This document shows positions 39,625-51,927 of a stretch of DNA of 64,000 bases, piece by piece. Below the pieces are notes generated by a model. The model did no database searches. It saw nothing but the letters and a program-made list of their open reading frames with translations, and was not told where the DNA came from. The position numbers were made by a program, and so were the translations under genes. How positions within the stretch are numbered: position 1 is the stretch's first letter; the number at the start of each line of letters is the position of its first letter. Origin of the DNA: Syntrophales bacterium (GTDB lineage Bacteria; Desulfobacterota; Syntrophia; Syntrophales; UBA2210); the NCBI GenBank assembly GCA_963662405.2, contig CAXXKT010000002.1, positions 128,001 through 192,000 of the forward strand, given 5' to 3'.

Positions 39625-39626
39625 CC

Positions 39627-40379
39627 ATGGCACCGTTGCTTGTTGTAGAGGATCTCACGGTATATTACGGATCGGTTGAGGCGCTGAAGGGTATCTCCCT
39701 CTTTCTCGAAGAAGGAGAGATCGCTACCGTCTTGGGGGCAAACGGGGCGGGGAAAACCACCCTTCTGAACGCCATATCGGGCCTTTTGCCCATTCGATCC
39801 GGGCGAGTGTCCTTTGAAAAGGACCCCCTGAACGGGATACCCCCATACGAAATCGTTCTCCGAGGAATTTCGCAGTCACCAGAAGGGCGAAAGGTGTTTT
39901 CCACCCTCACCGTGGAGGAAAACCTTAATCTGGGGGCCTACACGAGGCAGGCATATAAGACCGAAGTGGCTGAGGCGAAAGAGCGGGTCTTTTCCCTCTT
40001 CCCTATCCTGAAAGAACGGCGAAAACAGCTTTCGGGAACCCTCTCGGGAGGAGAACAGCAAATGCTCGCCATCGGCCGTGCCCTGATGAGTTCCCCGCGG
40101 CTTCTCCTTCTAGATGAACCTTCCTTGGGACTCGCGCCGATTCTCGTCAAACAAATCTTCAGCATCATCAAGGAGATCAACCGTCAGGGCACATCCATCC
40201 TGCTGGTGGAACAGAATGCCCATAAGGCCCTCACTATTGCCACGACAGGTTATGTCCTTGAAAACGGCCAGATCTCTACAAGCGGCAGCTCCTCCGAATT
40301 AAAATCCGACCCGAAGGTCCAAGAGGCCTATCTGGGAGGCGCCGCCCTGAAAAAGCAAAGTCAAAGCCCCTTATCCTGA
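39627..40379 (+). CDS. livF: BCAA ABC transporter ATP-binding protein LivF
   Basis: GANGAGKTT, LSGGEQQML, LDEPSLGLAP. Confidence 0.92.
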   Translation: MAPLLVVEDLTVYYGSVEALKGISLFLEEGEIATVLGANGAGKTTLLNAISGLLPIRSGRVSFEKDPLNGIPPYEIVLRGISQSPEGRKVFSTLTVEENLNLGAYTRQAYKTEVAEAKERVFSLFPILKERRKQLSGTLSGGEQQMLAIGRALMSSPRLLLLDEPSLGLAPILVKQIFSIIKEINRQGTSILLVEQNAHKALTIATTGYVLENGQISTSGSSSELKSDPKVQEAYLGGAALKKQSQSPLS

Positions 40380-40470
40380 CCCCTTTCGCCATATTCCCGA
40401 TCGCTCCATATTTCCTTCTCTCTCCAATTGTGTGGAGTTCCCGGTTCCGTGAAGCCGGACAGGACGATAC

Positions 40471-42846
40471 CTACGGAAAACGGTACCCCTTCTCGATGAA
40501 GAGTCCTCGGCAGGCATCTACCACCTTCGCGTCATAGAGGATCCCTCTATTCTCGGATATCTCCTCCAGGGCGGCATCAAGACCCCGGGAAGAACGGTAC
40601 GGACGGTGTGAAAGAATGGCCTCCATGACGTCGGCCACGGCCAAAATCTTCGCCTCAGGGAGAATGGCATCTCCCATGAGCCCATGGGGGTAACCGGAGC
40701 CGTCCATCCGTTCATGATGCTGGAGGACGACATCGGCAACGGGCCAGGGGAAATCGATGTCTTTGAGGATATTATATCCCGCAAGCGGGTGATTTTTCAC
40801 GAGAGTAAACTCGATATCCGTCAGTTTTCCGGGCTTGCTCAGTATCTCCGCCGGAATGGCGATTTTCCCAATATCATGAATGCTGGCAACGGTATGAACA
40901 AAATCCACTCGATCCGCCGTCATGTTCATCTCTTCCGCAATGGCCCGCGCCAGATCGGCCGATCGCCGCTGATGACCGGCAGTGTAGGGATCTCTCGCCT
41001 CCACCACCGTGGAGATGGCTTGCACCGTGCCACCCAGTGACCGTCGCAGTTTCTCCGACGTGTCCAGAAGGGCCTCTTCCGCCCGCTTTCGGTCCGTAAT
41101 ATCAATATGCTGAATCACCGCATTGGTAATCGTTCCGTTTGATTCTCGTATGGGGAAAATGGTGACATCGAGAACGACAGAGGCTTTTCTTTGAAGCTTC
41201 AATTGATTCAATTGAGCGGTGTGATATTTCATATCAAACCGCACCGATCTTCCCTCCCCGAATACTGATCTGACCAAGGGGAGCAATCCCTGCTCTGCGA
41301 CCAGATTATCCTTCAGCACATTATATTTACCAACGACTTCCTCTTCCGTGATTTTGAGCAGATCACAACACGCCTGGTTGATCCTGATCAGGGTGCCATC
41401 CTCATCAGATATCCACATGGGATTGGGGCTTTCTTCAAGAATCTTATTCAGAAAAGCTTCGGAATGCTGAAGTTCCTCTTCGGAACGCTTGCGGTCGGCG
41501 ATATCCCGGGTGACCCCGAGGATACCGACCGGTTGCCGTTCTTCATCCCTGATAAAGGACAGCTTGACCTCGGTCCATACCAGGGTACCGTCCTTTCGCC
41601 TCATTTCCAGCTGGAGCGTCCGGTAGAGGGGAGTCTCTCCTGAGTCTGCGGATTTCTCAAGTTTCAACACCTCATCCAGGGTCCTCGTGGCCACCTCCCA
41701 TGAGGAGGGAGGTACTGTCTGGGAGGCCGGCTGACCGATGACCTCTTCCGGTTCGTATCCCCTCAGAATCCTGACAGAAGGGCTGACATAGGTATAGTTG
41801 AGATCCATATCCAGGACAAAGATGACGTCATTCACGTTATCGGCCAGGAGGCGGTATTTGCTTTCGCTTTCCTTCAGGGCCTCCTGGGCCATCTTTCGGT
41901 CGGTAATATCCCGCGTGATACTGAGAATATGGGGCACATCATTGAGGGTTATGACGGAGGCCGACATAAGTCCATACCGGATATCACCGCTCTTCATTCT
42001 GAAGGCGGCCTCAAGATTACCGATCTCACCGCTCTTCTGTAACTCGACTACGAGTCTTTGCCGGTCCTCCGGGTTGTCCCATACATTACACTCAAGGGAG
42101 GTTTTACCGATGATATCCTCTTCGGTATAGCCCATAATTTTGGTAAATCCCTGGTTAATGCTCATATACATGCCATCTTCAAGACGATTGATGTTGACGG
42201 CGTCCGGGCTGGTGTAAAAGGCCTTACGAAACTTTTCTTCACTTTTACCCAGGGCTTCTTCTGAAAGTTCATGTCGCAACCGGTTGACCATCAACACACC
42301 CAGCAGGGTGGTCGCCAGCGGAAAAATCACCAAGACCGGTAGCGCTATGTTCGCAATTACTCGGAAAGCCGTATCCCAGGGCAACGTAAACATCAGGGCC
42401 AGCATAACGATATGAATCACCAGGCCGAACAGATAGAGTTCGCGCCAGGCGATCTGTTCCACGGGACACCGCAGAAGATAACGCCAGGCTATTCCGATTC
42501 CCCCCGACGCAAGGATCACTGAAACACCGGTGAGGATGGCTGCCCCCCCCTGGAAGATACGGAACGCCGCGGTCATCGCCATCGCTATTGCGGCAGGAAT
42601 CAATCCGAAAAAGAGCCCGGCTATCCCGAGAATCACCGAACGGGTATCAAAGATGATCCCCGGCATGAATTCCCACGAAGTCAGCATCACGATAATGCCG
42701 ATGAACCCGATGATAATACCGACCAATATCTGCCAGAAGAGTGCCTGTTTGGTCCGCCACCGGATGGCGCCTATATCAAAAATGAAAGCGACCGCCAGAA
42801 GCAAGGCGGCGTTTTGAACAAGACCGAGGAAAGATGCGCTATTCAT
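40471..42846 (-). CDS. Membrane sensor (5TM-LYT) with three PAS domains and an HD-GYP cyclic-di-nucleotide phosphodiesterase
   Basis: N-terminal TM region GIIFDTRS; PAS/PAC repeats ending RDITDRK; HDIGK, HHERMDGSGYP. Confidence 0.9.
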   Translation of the reverse strand: MNSASFLGLVQNAALLLAVAFIFDIGAIRWRTKQALFWQILVGIIIGFIGIIVMLTSWEFMPGIIFDTRSVILGIAGLFFGLIPAAIAMAMTAAFRIFQGGAAILTGVSVILASGGIGIAWRYLLRCPVEQIAWRELYLFGLVIHIVMLALMFTLPWDTAFRVIANIALPVLVIFPLATTLLGVLMVNRLRHELSEEALGKSEEKFRKAFYTSPDAVNINRLEDGMYMSINQGFTKIMGYTEEDIIGKTSLECNVWDNPEDRQRLVVELQKSGEIGNLEAAFRMKSGDIRYGLMSASVITLNDVPHILSITRDITDRKMAQEALKESESKYRLLADNVNDVIFVLDMDLNYTYVSPSVRILRGYEPEEVIGQPASQTVPPSSWEVATRTLDEVLKLEKSADSGETPLYRTLQLEMRRKDGTLVWTEVKLSFIRDEERQPVGILGVTRDIADRKRSEEELQHSEAFLNKILEESPNPMWISDEDGTLIRINQACCDLLKITEEEVVGKYNVLKDNLVAEQGLLPLVRSVFGEGRSVRFDMKYHTAQLNQLKLQRKASVVLDVTIFPIRESNGTITNAVIQHIDITDRKRAEEALLDTSEKLRRSLGGTVQAISTVVEARDPYTAGHQRRSADLARAIAEEMNMTADRVDFVHTVASIHDIGKIAIPAEILSKPGKLTDIEFTLVKNHPLAGYNILKDIDFPWPVADVVLQHHERMDGSGYPHGLMGDAILPEAKILAVADVMEAILSHRPYRSSRGLDAALEEISENRGILYDAKVVDACRGLFIEKGYRFP

Positions 42847-43349
42847 GAGGTGCCTCCCTGAGACCGTCCGTTCTAACCCGTGCACAACGGAAAAGCAAAA
42901 GGAGCCGTTACCACATTTTCTGAAACGGCATTGCCCCCTGTGAGGTCATAATACCCAACGAGCGACATACCGAGCGCATTCTTGCATATTTCTATAGGAT
43001 CAGTCAACCGGGAGGAACAAACAGGGGCGGCAAACAAGGCACCTTCAACCTCGCCAAGGGCAGCACCTTCTTTCCGAATGACCGTGGCAAATCAACCGTT
43101 CGACCACATCGGCGGAAAAGGGGACCACCTCAAAATGCTCCGCCCGAGTATATCGAGTGCGGCGTACAAAGACCGCCGGCGAAGCGTGCAACGCTTGTGC
43201 GTAAAACGGCTCCTGGTTGCCTTGTCCCTGTCCTCTTTGCCACCCCTCTTTTCCATGCTGTCTCTGCATATCGATCAGAGCGGCATCAACACGGCAATCA
43301 GGGTCGTATGATATGGTCATCTATTCATCACATTGACCTCTCCACCGGT

Positions 43350-44807
43350 TTACTGATAGACAGGGTCGACGTGGTCGCGACCCCGGCCGTTTCCGCTTGT
43401 CCGCCCCCTGACCACCGCTACAAGATCCGCAACGTATCCCTTCATTTTTTGTGCCTGGTCGTGCATCTTCTCGGCGGTCGTGGCGGATTCTTCTGCATTC
43501 GAAGCAACCTTCTGCGTCACATTATTCATTTCTTCAACAGCCCGATTGATCTGTGCGATCCCCTCCGCCTGTTCCTGCGATGTCACGGTTATCTCATTTA
43601 CTATCGTATTGATATTCTCAGCTATTTCTATATTTTCGCGAAAGGCTTCCTGAGTTGCCCTGGTTAATTCGTTTCCGTTATGTACGGCCTTAATGGTATT
43701 TTCAATCAAGTCATTCGTGCTTTTCGCCGCTCCGGCAGCCCTCATGGCAAGATTCCTCACCTCGTCCGCCACCACGGCAAATCCGGCACCCGCTTCACCG
43801 GCCCGGGCCGCTTCGACGGCTGCGTTTAACGCAAGCAGATTGGTCTGAAACGCAATTTCGTCAATGGTCTTGATTATCTTACCCGTCTCTTCGCTTGATT
43901 TTGTTATCTCATCGATCGCCCCGGTCATTTCCTCCATATGTCCATTGACCTTGTCGATAACGGCAATCTCTTTATCCATCATCGATTTGGCCTCCCTGGC
44001 ATTCCTGGCATTCTGGTCGGTCTTTTCGGCCATACTACCGATAGATGCCGATGTCTCTTCCAGGGAGGAAGCCTGTTCGCTTGAGCCCTCCGCCAACTGT
44101 TGAGCCGTCGCTGATACCCGTTCCGAGGCAAGGGTCATACGGTCCGATTCGCCTGCAAGACCGGCGATCACTCTGTTAATTGGCCCCGCAATAGTATGAA
44201 TCATTATGAAACCGAGGAATATAATGACGGCAATCCCGATGATGCCGCAGGCAATGATCTTGATTGATATATCACGTACCACTTCATCATATTTTGTATT
44301 GGGGACGCCAACATAAAACATGCCGATGATTTTGCCCTCCCCGTTTTTGATCGGTTGATAGGCCGTCTGATTCCAGACACCGACCACATTGGCCTTTCCC
44401 GTAAAGTTCCTTCCCTTTTCGAGGGTCGTATCCACTACCTTCGCCGACGCCGTGGTGCCGACCGCCCGGTCGCCCTGCGCATTTTTCACATTGGTAGACA
44501 CCCGCGTATCTCCCTGAAAAATGGTCACCGTATCCCCCGTCAGCGAACCAATCTGATCAACAAGAGTAAAATTACCGTTCATAACCGTATCGCCCTTGTA
44601 AATTTTTCCATCACGGATCGACCACATACCGGGGATCGTTTCATCTATGAGCTTCTGACTCAAGGCAATGTCACCCCGCAGTTTTTCTTGAGCTGTGGTG
44701 ATGATCTTTCCCCGCACTGTCAGTATGGTAAGGAAAGCGATGATTATCAACACAAGAGCAAAGACAGCAATAAATCCGAACATTCGTACCTTTAAATCAA
44801 TCTGCAT
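43350..44807 (-). CDS. Methyl-accepting chemotaxis protein with Cache sensor domain
   Basis: [40 protein letters not shown]; periplasmic [13 protein letters not shown]. Confidence 0.95.
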   Translation of the reverse strand: MQIDLKVRMFGFIAVFALVLIIIAFLTILTVRGKIITTAQEKLRGDIALSQKLIDETIPGMWSIRDGKIYKGDTVMNGNFTLVDQIGSLTGDTVTIFQGDTRVSTNVKNAQGDRAVGTTASAKVVDTTLEKGRNFTGKANVVGVWNQTAYQPIKNGEGKIIGMFYVGVPNTKYDEVVRDISIKIIACGIIGIAVIIFLGFIMIHTIAGPINRVIAGLAGESDRMTLASERVSATAQQLAEGSSEQASSLEETSASIGSMAEKTDQNARNAREAKSMMDKEIAVIDKVNGHMEEMTGAIDEITKSSEETGKIIKTIDEIAFQTNLLALNAAVEAARAGEAGAGFAVVADEVRNLAMRAAGAAKSTNDLIENTIKAVHNGNELTRATQEAFRENIEIAENINTIVNEITVTSQEQAEGIAQINRAVEEMNNVTQKVASNAEESATTAEKMHDQAQKMKGYVADLVAVVRGRTSGNGRGRDHVDPVYQ

Positions 44808-45181
44808 GTAAAATTCCTTTCCCGGAGGTTTCTTCAGGTTATCGATTCGATCGAATCGAGGTTACCGATGAAAATCGATATGCTTCGGCACAGTGTCGTC
44901 GAGAATATCGGCTTTTTCCGGTAAAACTTTATAGGAAGATTCCACACACCACGGCACGCTGAAAATACAACAACCCGTACAGTGGAATCAGGGGTTGTTG
45001 ATCATCACGCACCATATTTTGTATGCGGAGGACACGACCTGTTCGTCCTATCGGCGCTATCGGTGTCGACCACGTTACATTGGTAGAAAGTTGGTCCCCG
45101 GAGGGGGAAAGGATTCGGATAGCTACCTCCGGGAAGTCGGAGGATGAGTTTGCAAACCGCTCACAATAGATCGATTTCTTT

Positions 45182-45212
45182 TGAGCCCCCCCAGAAAAAT
45201 CGGGGGGGCTCA
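45182..45212. terminator. GC-rich hairpin downstream of the acyl-CoA dehydrogenase gene
   Basis: TGAGCCCCCCC-N9-GGGGGGGCTCA; no U-tract on the minus strand. Confidence 0.45.
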
Positions 45213-45235
45213 GGGACAATCACATCAAGACGCGG

Positions 45236-46399
45236 TTATTTCGATTGCAGGTATTTGCCGATCGTCATAATTTCCGCTTCTTTCGTACCTTCATAAAGCT
45301 CAAGGATTTTGGCATCCCGATACCACTTCTGAACGTCATACTCGTCCATATAGCCGTAGCCACCATGGATTTCTACGCCTGCATTAGCGCAGAAAACCGC
45401 AGTTTGTCCGCCCAGATATTTGCCCATGGCCGCCAAAGTATAATCAGGCGTTCCATTATCAACAAGCCACGCAGACTTATATACAAAGCCTCTGAGTGCT
45501 TCAATCTTGATGGCCATCTCCGTAAGCTTTTGCATGGTAATTTGATAGCTTCCGAGGGGAGCGCCAAAGACGCTTCGTTCTTTTGCATATTTCACACTGG
45601 CGGCGAGGCACGCCTCCGACAATCCGAGTGCCTGAGCAGCGATCATGATTCTTGTAATATCGAAGAAATGCATGAGTTGATAGAATCCCTTACCGGCTGT
45701 ACCAATGAGATTTTCCTGAGGGACACGAACGTCCTCAAGGGCTATTTCCGCGGTATCACTGGCGCGGAGTCCCATTTTACCATGGAGTTTTGTTCTCGTA
45801 ACCCCCTTTGCGTTACCCGGAACGACAATCTGACTGAAGCTGGCATGTTTTTTCGCATCAGGCTCCGTAATGGCCTGGACAATCATAAAATCGCACGATG
45901 TTCCATTCGTAATGAACATCTTGTTTCCGTTGATTACCCAGTCCTGACCATCCCTGACGGCTCGTGTCTTGTAGCCTGACACATCCGTACCGGCATTTGG
46001 TTCCGTGTAAGCACCTGCAAACACATGTTCACCGGAGCAGATTGTCGGCAGATATTGTTTCTTCTGTTCTTCCGTCCCATAGGAATAGATGTTCTGAGCT
46101 CCGAAACAGGCACCGTAGAGATTCAAGCCAATACCGATACAGGCCTTGGAAAGCTCTTCCGTAATAATGGCATGTCCCAAGAAACCGACACCCGCTCCCC
46201 CGTATTCTTCCGGAATCCACGCCCCGATCAGACCGTTTTCAGCCGCTTTTTTCCGGAGTTCGGGTGTATACTTTTCCTGGGCATCCGCTTCAAGGGCCAC
46301 AGGTGCAATTTCGGTCTGGCCAAATTTATAGGCCATGTCTTTTATCATTTGAAGCTCTTCACTTAATTGAAAATCCACTTTATTCTCCTTTACTTTCAT
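45236..46399 (-). CDS. Acyl-CoA dehydrogenase
   Basis: YTEPNAGTD, INGNKMFITNG, HGGYGY...YRDAKILELYEGT. Confidence 0.95.
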   Translation of the reverse strand: MKVKENKVDFQLSEELQMIKDMAYKFGQTEIAPVALEADAQEKYTPELRKKAAENGLIGAWIPEEYGGAGVGFLGHAIITEELSKACIGIGLNLYGACFGAQNIYSYGTEEQKKQYLPTICSGEHVFAGAYTEPNAGTDVSGYKTRAVRDGQDWVINGNKMFITNGTSCDFMIVQAITEPDAKKHASFSQIVVPGNAKGVTRTKLHGKMGLRASDTAEIALEDVRVPQENLIGTAGKGFYQLMHFFDITRIMIAAQALGLSEACLAASVKYAKERSVFGAPLGSYQITMQKLTEMAIKIEALRGFVYKSAWLVDNGTPDYTLAAMGKYLGGQTAVFCANAGVEIHGGYGYMDEYDVQKWYRDAKILELYEGTKEAEIMTIGKYLQSK

Positions 46400-46719
46400 C
46401 TCTTTTAGGTCTCAATCCCCGCAGCTCGTCGCGGTGCGGGATGGTTCATACATGTTGCCTGTTTTGCCCTCACCGGTTGCATTTCGGACCGAAGACGGCG
46501 TTCTCCCCGGAACAATCCCGAAACTCCCCTGTGAACAAACCACCACTGGACAAAGCATCCCGGGCTTTGGGATTGGCTTCATACAGTGTGGCCACAGAAA
46601 CGATCGGTGCAATCTGCTCGGAAACCGCCCGTCCTCAGCAGAGACCGACCGGCCGTGTCATCGGCGCTGCAAGAGCGTAGCAAAACGACTGTCGGGGCAA
46701 GAAGCACAACAGCAGCAAA

Positions 46720-48315
46720 CTAGCCGCCTATTTTCTGTTCGTGACCCACCCAATACCTTGCCCGTAATTCACGCTTCAAGATCTTGCCGGTACCGGTTTT
46801 CGGCAGGTCACTCACGAAATCTACGGTACGCGGCAGCTTAAACTTGGACAACAGCGAAGCGCAATGGTCAATTATCTCTTTTCCGGTAGCCTCCATGTTC
46901 GGCTTGAGTACGATCAACGCCTTGACCGACTCGCCCCATTTGGGATCGGGCACACCAACCACGGCACATTCCATCACGGCAGGAAACTGGTGAATAGCCA
47001 TTTCGACTTCGGCAGATGCAACGTTCTCTCCGCCGCTGATGATCATGTCCTTACCGCGATCGACAATCTGGACATAGCCTTCTTTGTCAATAGTGGCAAG
47101 ATCTCCCGTGTGCATCCACCCATCAATAATCACTTTTGCGGTCTCCTCCGGATCCTGCCAGAACCCTTTCATCACGTTATTGCCACGAACGATGATCTCT
47201 CCTACGGCCTCTCCGTCAGCCTCTACGTCTGTGCCATCCTCATCGACAACTCGCAATTCGACACCGAAGACCGGTTTGCCGGTCTTCGCCCGATAAATCA
47301 GCTGCTCTTCAAAGGGCAGTTTCTTCATGTGGTCCTTCAATGTGGATAGGGTCAGCATAGGGCAGGTCTCTGTCATTCCATAGGCTTGATAGCATTTGAC
47401 ACCGAATCTCTCCTGCGCTTCCCGTAAGATAGTGATGGGCATCGGCGCTCCCCCGATGATCATCCGCTCCCACGATGAGGTATCGTATGTGTCGGCTTCG
47501 GGGTAGTTAAGCAAGGTGGTGACCATTGCCGGTACCATTGCCCCGATCGTTACTTTTTCATTCTGGATAGCCTCAAACACTTGCGGCGCACGGAAATTCC
47601 TGACAATTACATGAGTGGCACCGGAACCAGTAATGCCATGAGGCGACCCCCAGCCATTCACGTGAAATAACGGCACACTGTGTAACTGCGTGTCAGCATC
47701 GGTAACACTCAGCATATGAATGTAATTGAGCGCATTGGTGTAGAGATTACGATGGGTCAGCATAACACCCTTCGGTCTTGATGTCGTACCACTCGTATAG
47801 AACAATTCAGCCACATCGTTTTCATCCATCTCGGGCCGGGCGGGACGTTCGATTGAAGCCTCCTTCAACAGGGAATCATAGTCAGGCCAATCGATGTGAT
47901 CGGGACGATGACCATCGGTAAACAACATAAATTCCGTCACGGTCTCCAGTTTGTCGACGACAGGGGCCACCAAGTCCGCATACTCCCAATCAACGCATAC
48001 CGCCTTAGCGCCGGCATGATTCAGGACGAATGCGACCTCTTCCGCACTTAACCTGATGTTGATACAAAGAAGAATAGCCCCGATTTGGGTAATACCATAA
48101 TAGGATTCGAGAATACGATGCCCGTTTGGACCGATATAGGCAACACGGTCGCCCTGCCCGACCCCTTTGCCTATAAGAGCATTGGAAAGCTGATTTACCC
48201 GTTCGTTGAACTGGTTGTAGGTAAATCGTTTCTCTCCATCAACGATGCAGGTCTTGGCCCCGTATAACGAGACTCCTCGATCCAGGAAATGAGTTACTAA
48301 CATAGGTACTTGCAT
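46720..48315 (-). CDS. Long-chain fatty acid-CoA ligase (AMP-forming)
   Basis: YTSGTTSRPKG, YGMTET, HTGD, PKTGTGK. Confidence 0.93.
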   Translation of the reverse strand: MQVPMLVTHFLDRGVSLYGAKTCIVDGEKRFTYNQFNERVNQLSNALIGKGVGQGDRVAYIGPNGHRILESYYGITQIGAILLCINIRLSAEEVAFVLNHAGAKAVCVDWEYADLVAPVVDKLETVTEFMLFTDGHRPDHIDWPDYDSLLKEASIERPARPEMDENDVAELFYTSGTTSRPKGVMLTHRNLYTNALNYIHMLSVTDADTQLHSVPLFHVNGWGSPHGITGSGATHVIVRNFRAPQVFEAIQNEKVTIGAMVPAMVTTLLNYPEADTYDTSSWERMIIGGAPMPITILREAQERFGVKCYQAYGMTETCPMLTLSTLKDHMKKLPFEEQLIYRAKTGKPVFGVELRVVDEDGTDVEADGEAVGEIIVRGNNVMKGFWQDPEETAKVIIDGWMHTGDLATIDKEGYVQIVDRGKDMIISGGENVASAEVEMAIHQFPAVMECAVVGVPDPKWGESVKALIVLKPNMEATGKEIIDHCASLLSKFKLPRTVDFVSDLPKTGTGKILKRELRARYWVGHEQKIGG

Positions 48316-48940
48316 TACTGTGATTGTCTCCTGTTATCTTAATTTAATACGGCATTGCTTCTCCGTCAGACAGATATGTCCGATTTTACAGCCGCGCCGT
48401 TGGGGCATATTGCATCTTACTGAAGCAATACAGACACCCCTTCAAAAACGCTTTTTTTACTACACGATGGCCGCTTGCGGTATCGGTGTTCGTCCGAATG
48501 AGATGTAGGAGAAATGCTTACACAGGCCTGAATTTCCCTCGGCAAGCGTCAAATCATTCCGTGATGGGATCGCACGCCAAGGTCGGTGTCCACCCATCAC
48601 CGAAGGAATACCCGTTACCAGCGGTTTCGGGAAGGCGCGGATAGGATCGCAATCGTGGCCTTCGATCTGGGCGGAAAAATCGTTATGGAACAGGACGACA
48701 TCATCCGATCCACCGGGCATTCGCCACCCACCGTCAACCGACAACGCCGCCGAGCTTTCCTTCGATAAGAGGCGGAAGGATCATTAAAATTTTAACGAGA
48801 TTTGTGTCAATATCCTCAGCTGATAACCGCCACCGTGAAACGTTTCTCCCCCTGTTATTTGATCTATTGACATTGTTGAGGATTTATATATATATTTTGG
48901 TATAATAGTATTGACGATTTAGGGTCTGCAGGAGCCGAAC

Positions 48941-49393
48941 ATGGATTATATAAAGATACGGTTCAGCGATGATCGGGGACTTTTGGATGCCGAGGGAGAG
49001 GCTTCGGCCGGTCAGGGGTTTTTACGACTCTTCGATCCGACTTACGTCCTCCACCGGCACGCGTGGAAGCCCCCGGTCAACATTTACGAAACGACTGAAA
49101 ATATCACCGTCATTGCAGAGCTCGCGGGGGTAAAAGAAGAAGATATACAGCTGGAAATCAGTGATCGGACCATCAAGATAGCAGGGAAACGAACGGAGAG
49201 GTCTCGAGTCAAGAACTCCCGGTATCGCCTCGCAGAGATCAACTACGGCTATTTCGAGCGCCTGCTGTCCATTTCCGTCCCCATTGATACGGAGGGCGTT
49301 ACCGCCACACATGCTGACGGCATACTTGAAATTCATATTCCGAAATTGCCGCCGGAGCAACACATACACAGGATCATCATCCAGAGTGAATAA
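48941..49393 (+). CDS. Hsp20/alpha-crystallin small heat-shock protein
   Basis: PPVNIYET, AELAGV, EINYGYFER, DGILEI.IPK. Confidence 0.9.
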   Translation: MDYIKIRFSDDRGLLDAEGEASAGQGFLRLFDPTYVLHRHAWKPPVNIYETTENITVIAELAGVKEEDIQLEISDRTIKIAGKRTERSRVKNSRYRLAEINYGYFERLLSISVPIDTEGVTATHADGILEIHIPKLPPEQHIHRIIIQSE

Positions 49394-49433
49394 TCAGTGC
49401 CATCGGCACTACACATGGTCTGTGGGGGGTCTC

Positions 49434-51791
49434 ATGAATGATCAACAGCTTTCCGGAGAGTTAAAGGACGCCAAGATGCCGAAGGTCCTCCCGGTCCTGT
49501 CCCTCTTTAATGTTGTCGTATACCCGCATATGACGTTCCCTCTTGAGGTCAGCGGTGAGCGTGCCATGACCCTCCTTGATGAAGCCATGTCAGATGAACG
49601 TATGATCGGCTTCGTGATGGGGAAAAAAGTACTCGATTCCGACGAGCTTCCCGGCGAGGAAGATATTCATCATATCGGGACGGTTGGGGCAATCATAAAG
49701 ATGGCAAAAACGGACGAGAATAAGGCACAGATGCTTGTCCAGGGCATCAGCCGTTTCTCCGCCGATGCATTCATCGAGGGAAAACCATATCTTCAGGCAC
49801 GGATCACGGCGCTCGCCGACAAAGAAGCCAAAGGGATCAAGATCGAGGCCCTGATGTCAAATCTGGTGAATCTCTTCAACCGTATTGTGAAGCTTTCGCC
49901 CTTTCTTCCCCAAGAGGTTGGTGCACTCGCCACAAGTATCAGAGACCCGGGCGCGCTGGCCGATATGATCGCCACGTTGATCAACGCGGACCCCCAAGAG
50001 AAACAAAAGGTGCTCGAAATCCTTAACGTCAAAAAACGCCTTGAAGAGGTAACCCGAGTCGTCAGTCATCGGCTTGAGATCCTCGAACTGGGCGACAAGA
50101 TACAGACACAGGTCAAGGACGACATCGACAAGGGACAGCGGGAATATTTTCTCCGCCAGCAGCTCAAGGCGATCAAAGAAGAACTCGGTGAGGATGAGGA
50201 CGAACCCAAGATCAAGATAGACGAATACCGCATGAAGATCGATAGTATAGCCCTCCCCGAAGAGGCAAAGAAAGAGGCGGAACGCGAACTGAATCGTCTT
50301 TCACGAATGCACCCCTCCTCCGCGGAATTTACCGTGGCCTCGACCTATCTCGACTGGATGACATCCCTCCCCTGGAATACGAGCACACCGGACAATCTCG
50401 ATATTGGCAAGGCCCGAAAGGTCCTGGACGAGGATCACTATGGTCTTGACAAGCCCAAGAAGCGGGTCATTGAATATCTTTCCGTCAGAAAACTGAAACC
50501 GGACACCAAGGGACCGATTCTCTGTTTCGCCGGTCCTCCCGGGACGGGGAAGACTTCTCTGGGCACCTCCATCGCTCGAGCCCTCGGCAGAAAATTTCTT
50601 CGTATCTCGCTGGGAGGTGTCCGGGACGAGGCGGAAATTCGCGGTCACCGGAGAACCTACATCGGGGCGCTCCCGGGACGGATCATCCAGGGGCTTAGAC
50701 GGGCCGAATCGAACAACCCTGTTTTCATGCTCGACGAGATCGATAAACTGGGAATGGACTTCCGGGGCGATCCGTCATCCGCCCTCCTTGAGGTCCTTGA
50801 TCCCGAGCAGAATTTTTCTTTTAGCGATCACTATCTGGATGTCCCGTTCGATCTCTCACACGTCATGTTTATCACGACGGCAAACATCTTGGAGACGATT
50901 CCTCCGGCCCTTCGCGACCGCCTGGAGGTGATCGAACTCCTCGGGTACACCCCTGATGAAAAGATCAAGATCGCCCAGCGTTACCTCATCCCCCGTCAGA
51001 TAGAAGCAAACGGCCTGCAGCCCAAAGAGCTCAAGATTGCGAAGGCGGCGCTGCGAATACTCGTATCCGGATATACCCGCGAGGCCGGTGTGCGGAATCT
51101 GGAACGGGAGATCGCGAACATCTGCCGCGGCGTCGCAAGCGAGGTGGCGATCGGCGCGAGACAGGCCGCGTCGATCGGTGTGAAGGACCTCCATGCATAC
51201 CTTGGTCCCGTCCGGATCACCTCGGAGGAGAAGGCCCGAATCTCGAAGCCGGGGGTCGCCGTGGGACTCGCGTGGACACCCACGGGTGGTGAGATTCTCT
51301 TCATAGAAGCCACAGCGATGAAGGGAAACAAAGGGCTGACACTGACCGGACAGCTCGGCGACATTATGAAGGAATCAGCGACTGCCGCTCTCAGTTTCGT
51401 CCGTGCCAACGCAAACGAACTGGGGATCAAGGGAGACTTTTTCGATACGATGGATGTCCACATCCATGTGCCGGCCGGTGCGATTCAGAAGGACGGTCCT
51501 TCGGCAGGAGTAACGATCCTCACGGCCCTCACCTCACTGCTGACCGACAGACCGATTAAAGAGGACCTTGCCATGACGGGCGAGATCACCCTGCGGGGGG
51601 TGGTCCTCCCCGTGGGAGGGATCAAGGAAAAGATTCTTGCCGCCCACCGGGCGGGGATCAAGATCATTATTCTACCTAAGTGGAACATGAAAGATATCGA
51701 GGATATCCCGGAAAAGATCAGACAGGAGATCCGTTTTCACTTCGTCAGCGAGATGATGGATGTCTTGAAGGTAGCCCTCAAGAAGAAATAG
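49434..51791 (+). CDS. lon: ATP-dependent Lon protease
   Basis: [27 protein letters not shown] (catalytic Ser), GGIKEK. Confidence 0.96.
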   Translation: MNDQQLSGELKDAKMPKVLPVLSLFNVVVYPHMTFPLEVSGERAMTLLDEAMSDERMIGFVMGKKVLDSDELPGEEDIHHIGTVGAIIKMAKTDENKAQMLVQGISRFSADAFIEGKPYLQARITALADKEAKGIKIEALMSNLVNLFNRIVKLSPFLPQEVGALATSIRDPGALADMIATLINADPQEKQKVLEILNVKKRLEEVTRVVSHRLEILELGDKIQTQVKDDIDKGQREYFLRQQLKAIKEELGEDEDEPKIKIDEYRMKIDSIALPEEAKKEAERELNRLSRMHPSSAEFTVASTYLDWMTSLPWNTSTPDNLDIGKARKVLDEDHYGLDKPKKRVIEYLSVRKLKPDTKGPILCFAGPPGTGKTSLGTSIARALGRKFLRISLGGVRDEAEIRGHRRTYIGALPGRIIQGLRRAESNNPVFMLDEIDKLGMDFRGDPSSALLEVLDPEQNFSFSDHYLDVPFDLSHVMFITTANILETIPPALRDRLEVIELLGYTPDEKIKIAQRYLIPRQIEANGLQPKELKIAKAALRILVSGYTREAGVRNLEREIANICRGVASEVAIGARQAASIGVKDLHAYLGPVRITSEEKARISKPGVAVGLAWTPTGGEILFIEATAMKGNKGLTLTGQLGDIMKESATAALSFVRANANELGIKGDFFDTMDVHIHVPAGAIQKDGPSAGVTILTALTSLLTDRPIKEDLAMTGEITLRGVVLPVGGIKEKILAAHRAGIKIIILPKWNMKDIEDIPEKIRQEIRFHFVSEMMDVLKVALKKK

Positions 51792-51927
51792 CCCTTCATG
51801 TCGCCCCCTTTCTTTCCGCATTTTCCCTGTTGCCGATAGAAACACGTCTCTGGAGAGGTTTCTTTTTCACGGTAAGTGTGATTAAATCACATGAGTGTTT
51901 CCGGGGTAAGAACAAAACCGTATTGTT

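Noticed and set aside
42982..43320. Short ORFs between the HD-GYP and MCP genes
   Set aside because: No clear SD, motif or protein-like composition in the frames I translated.
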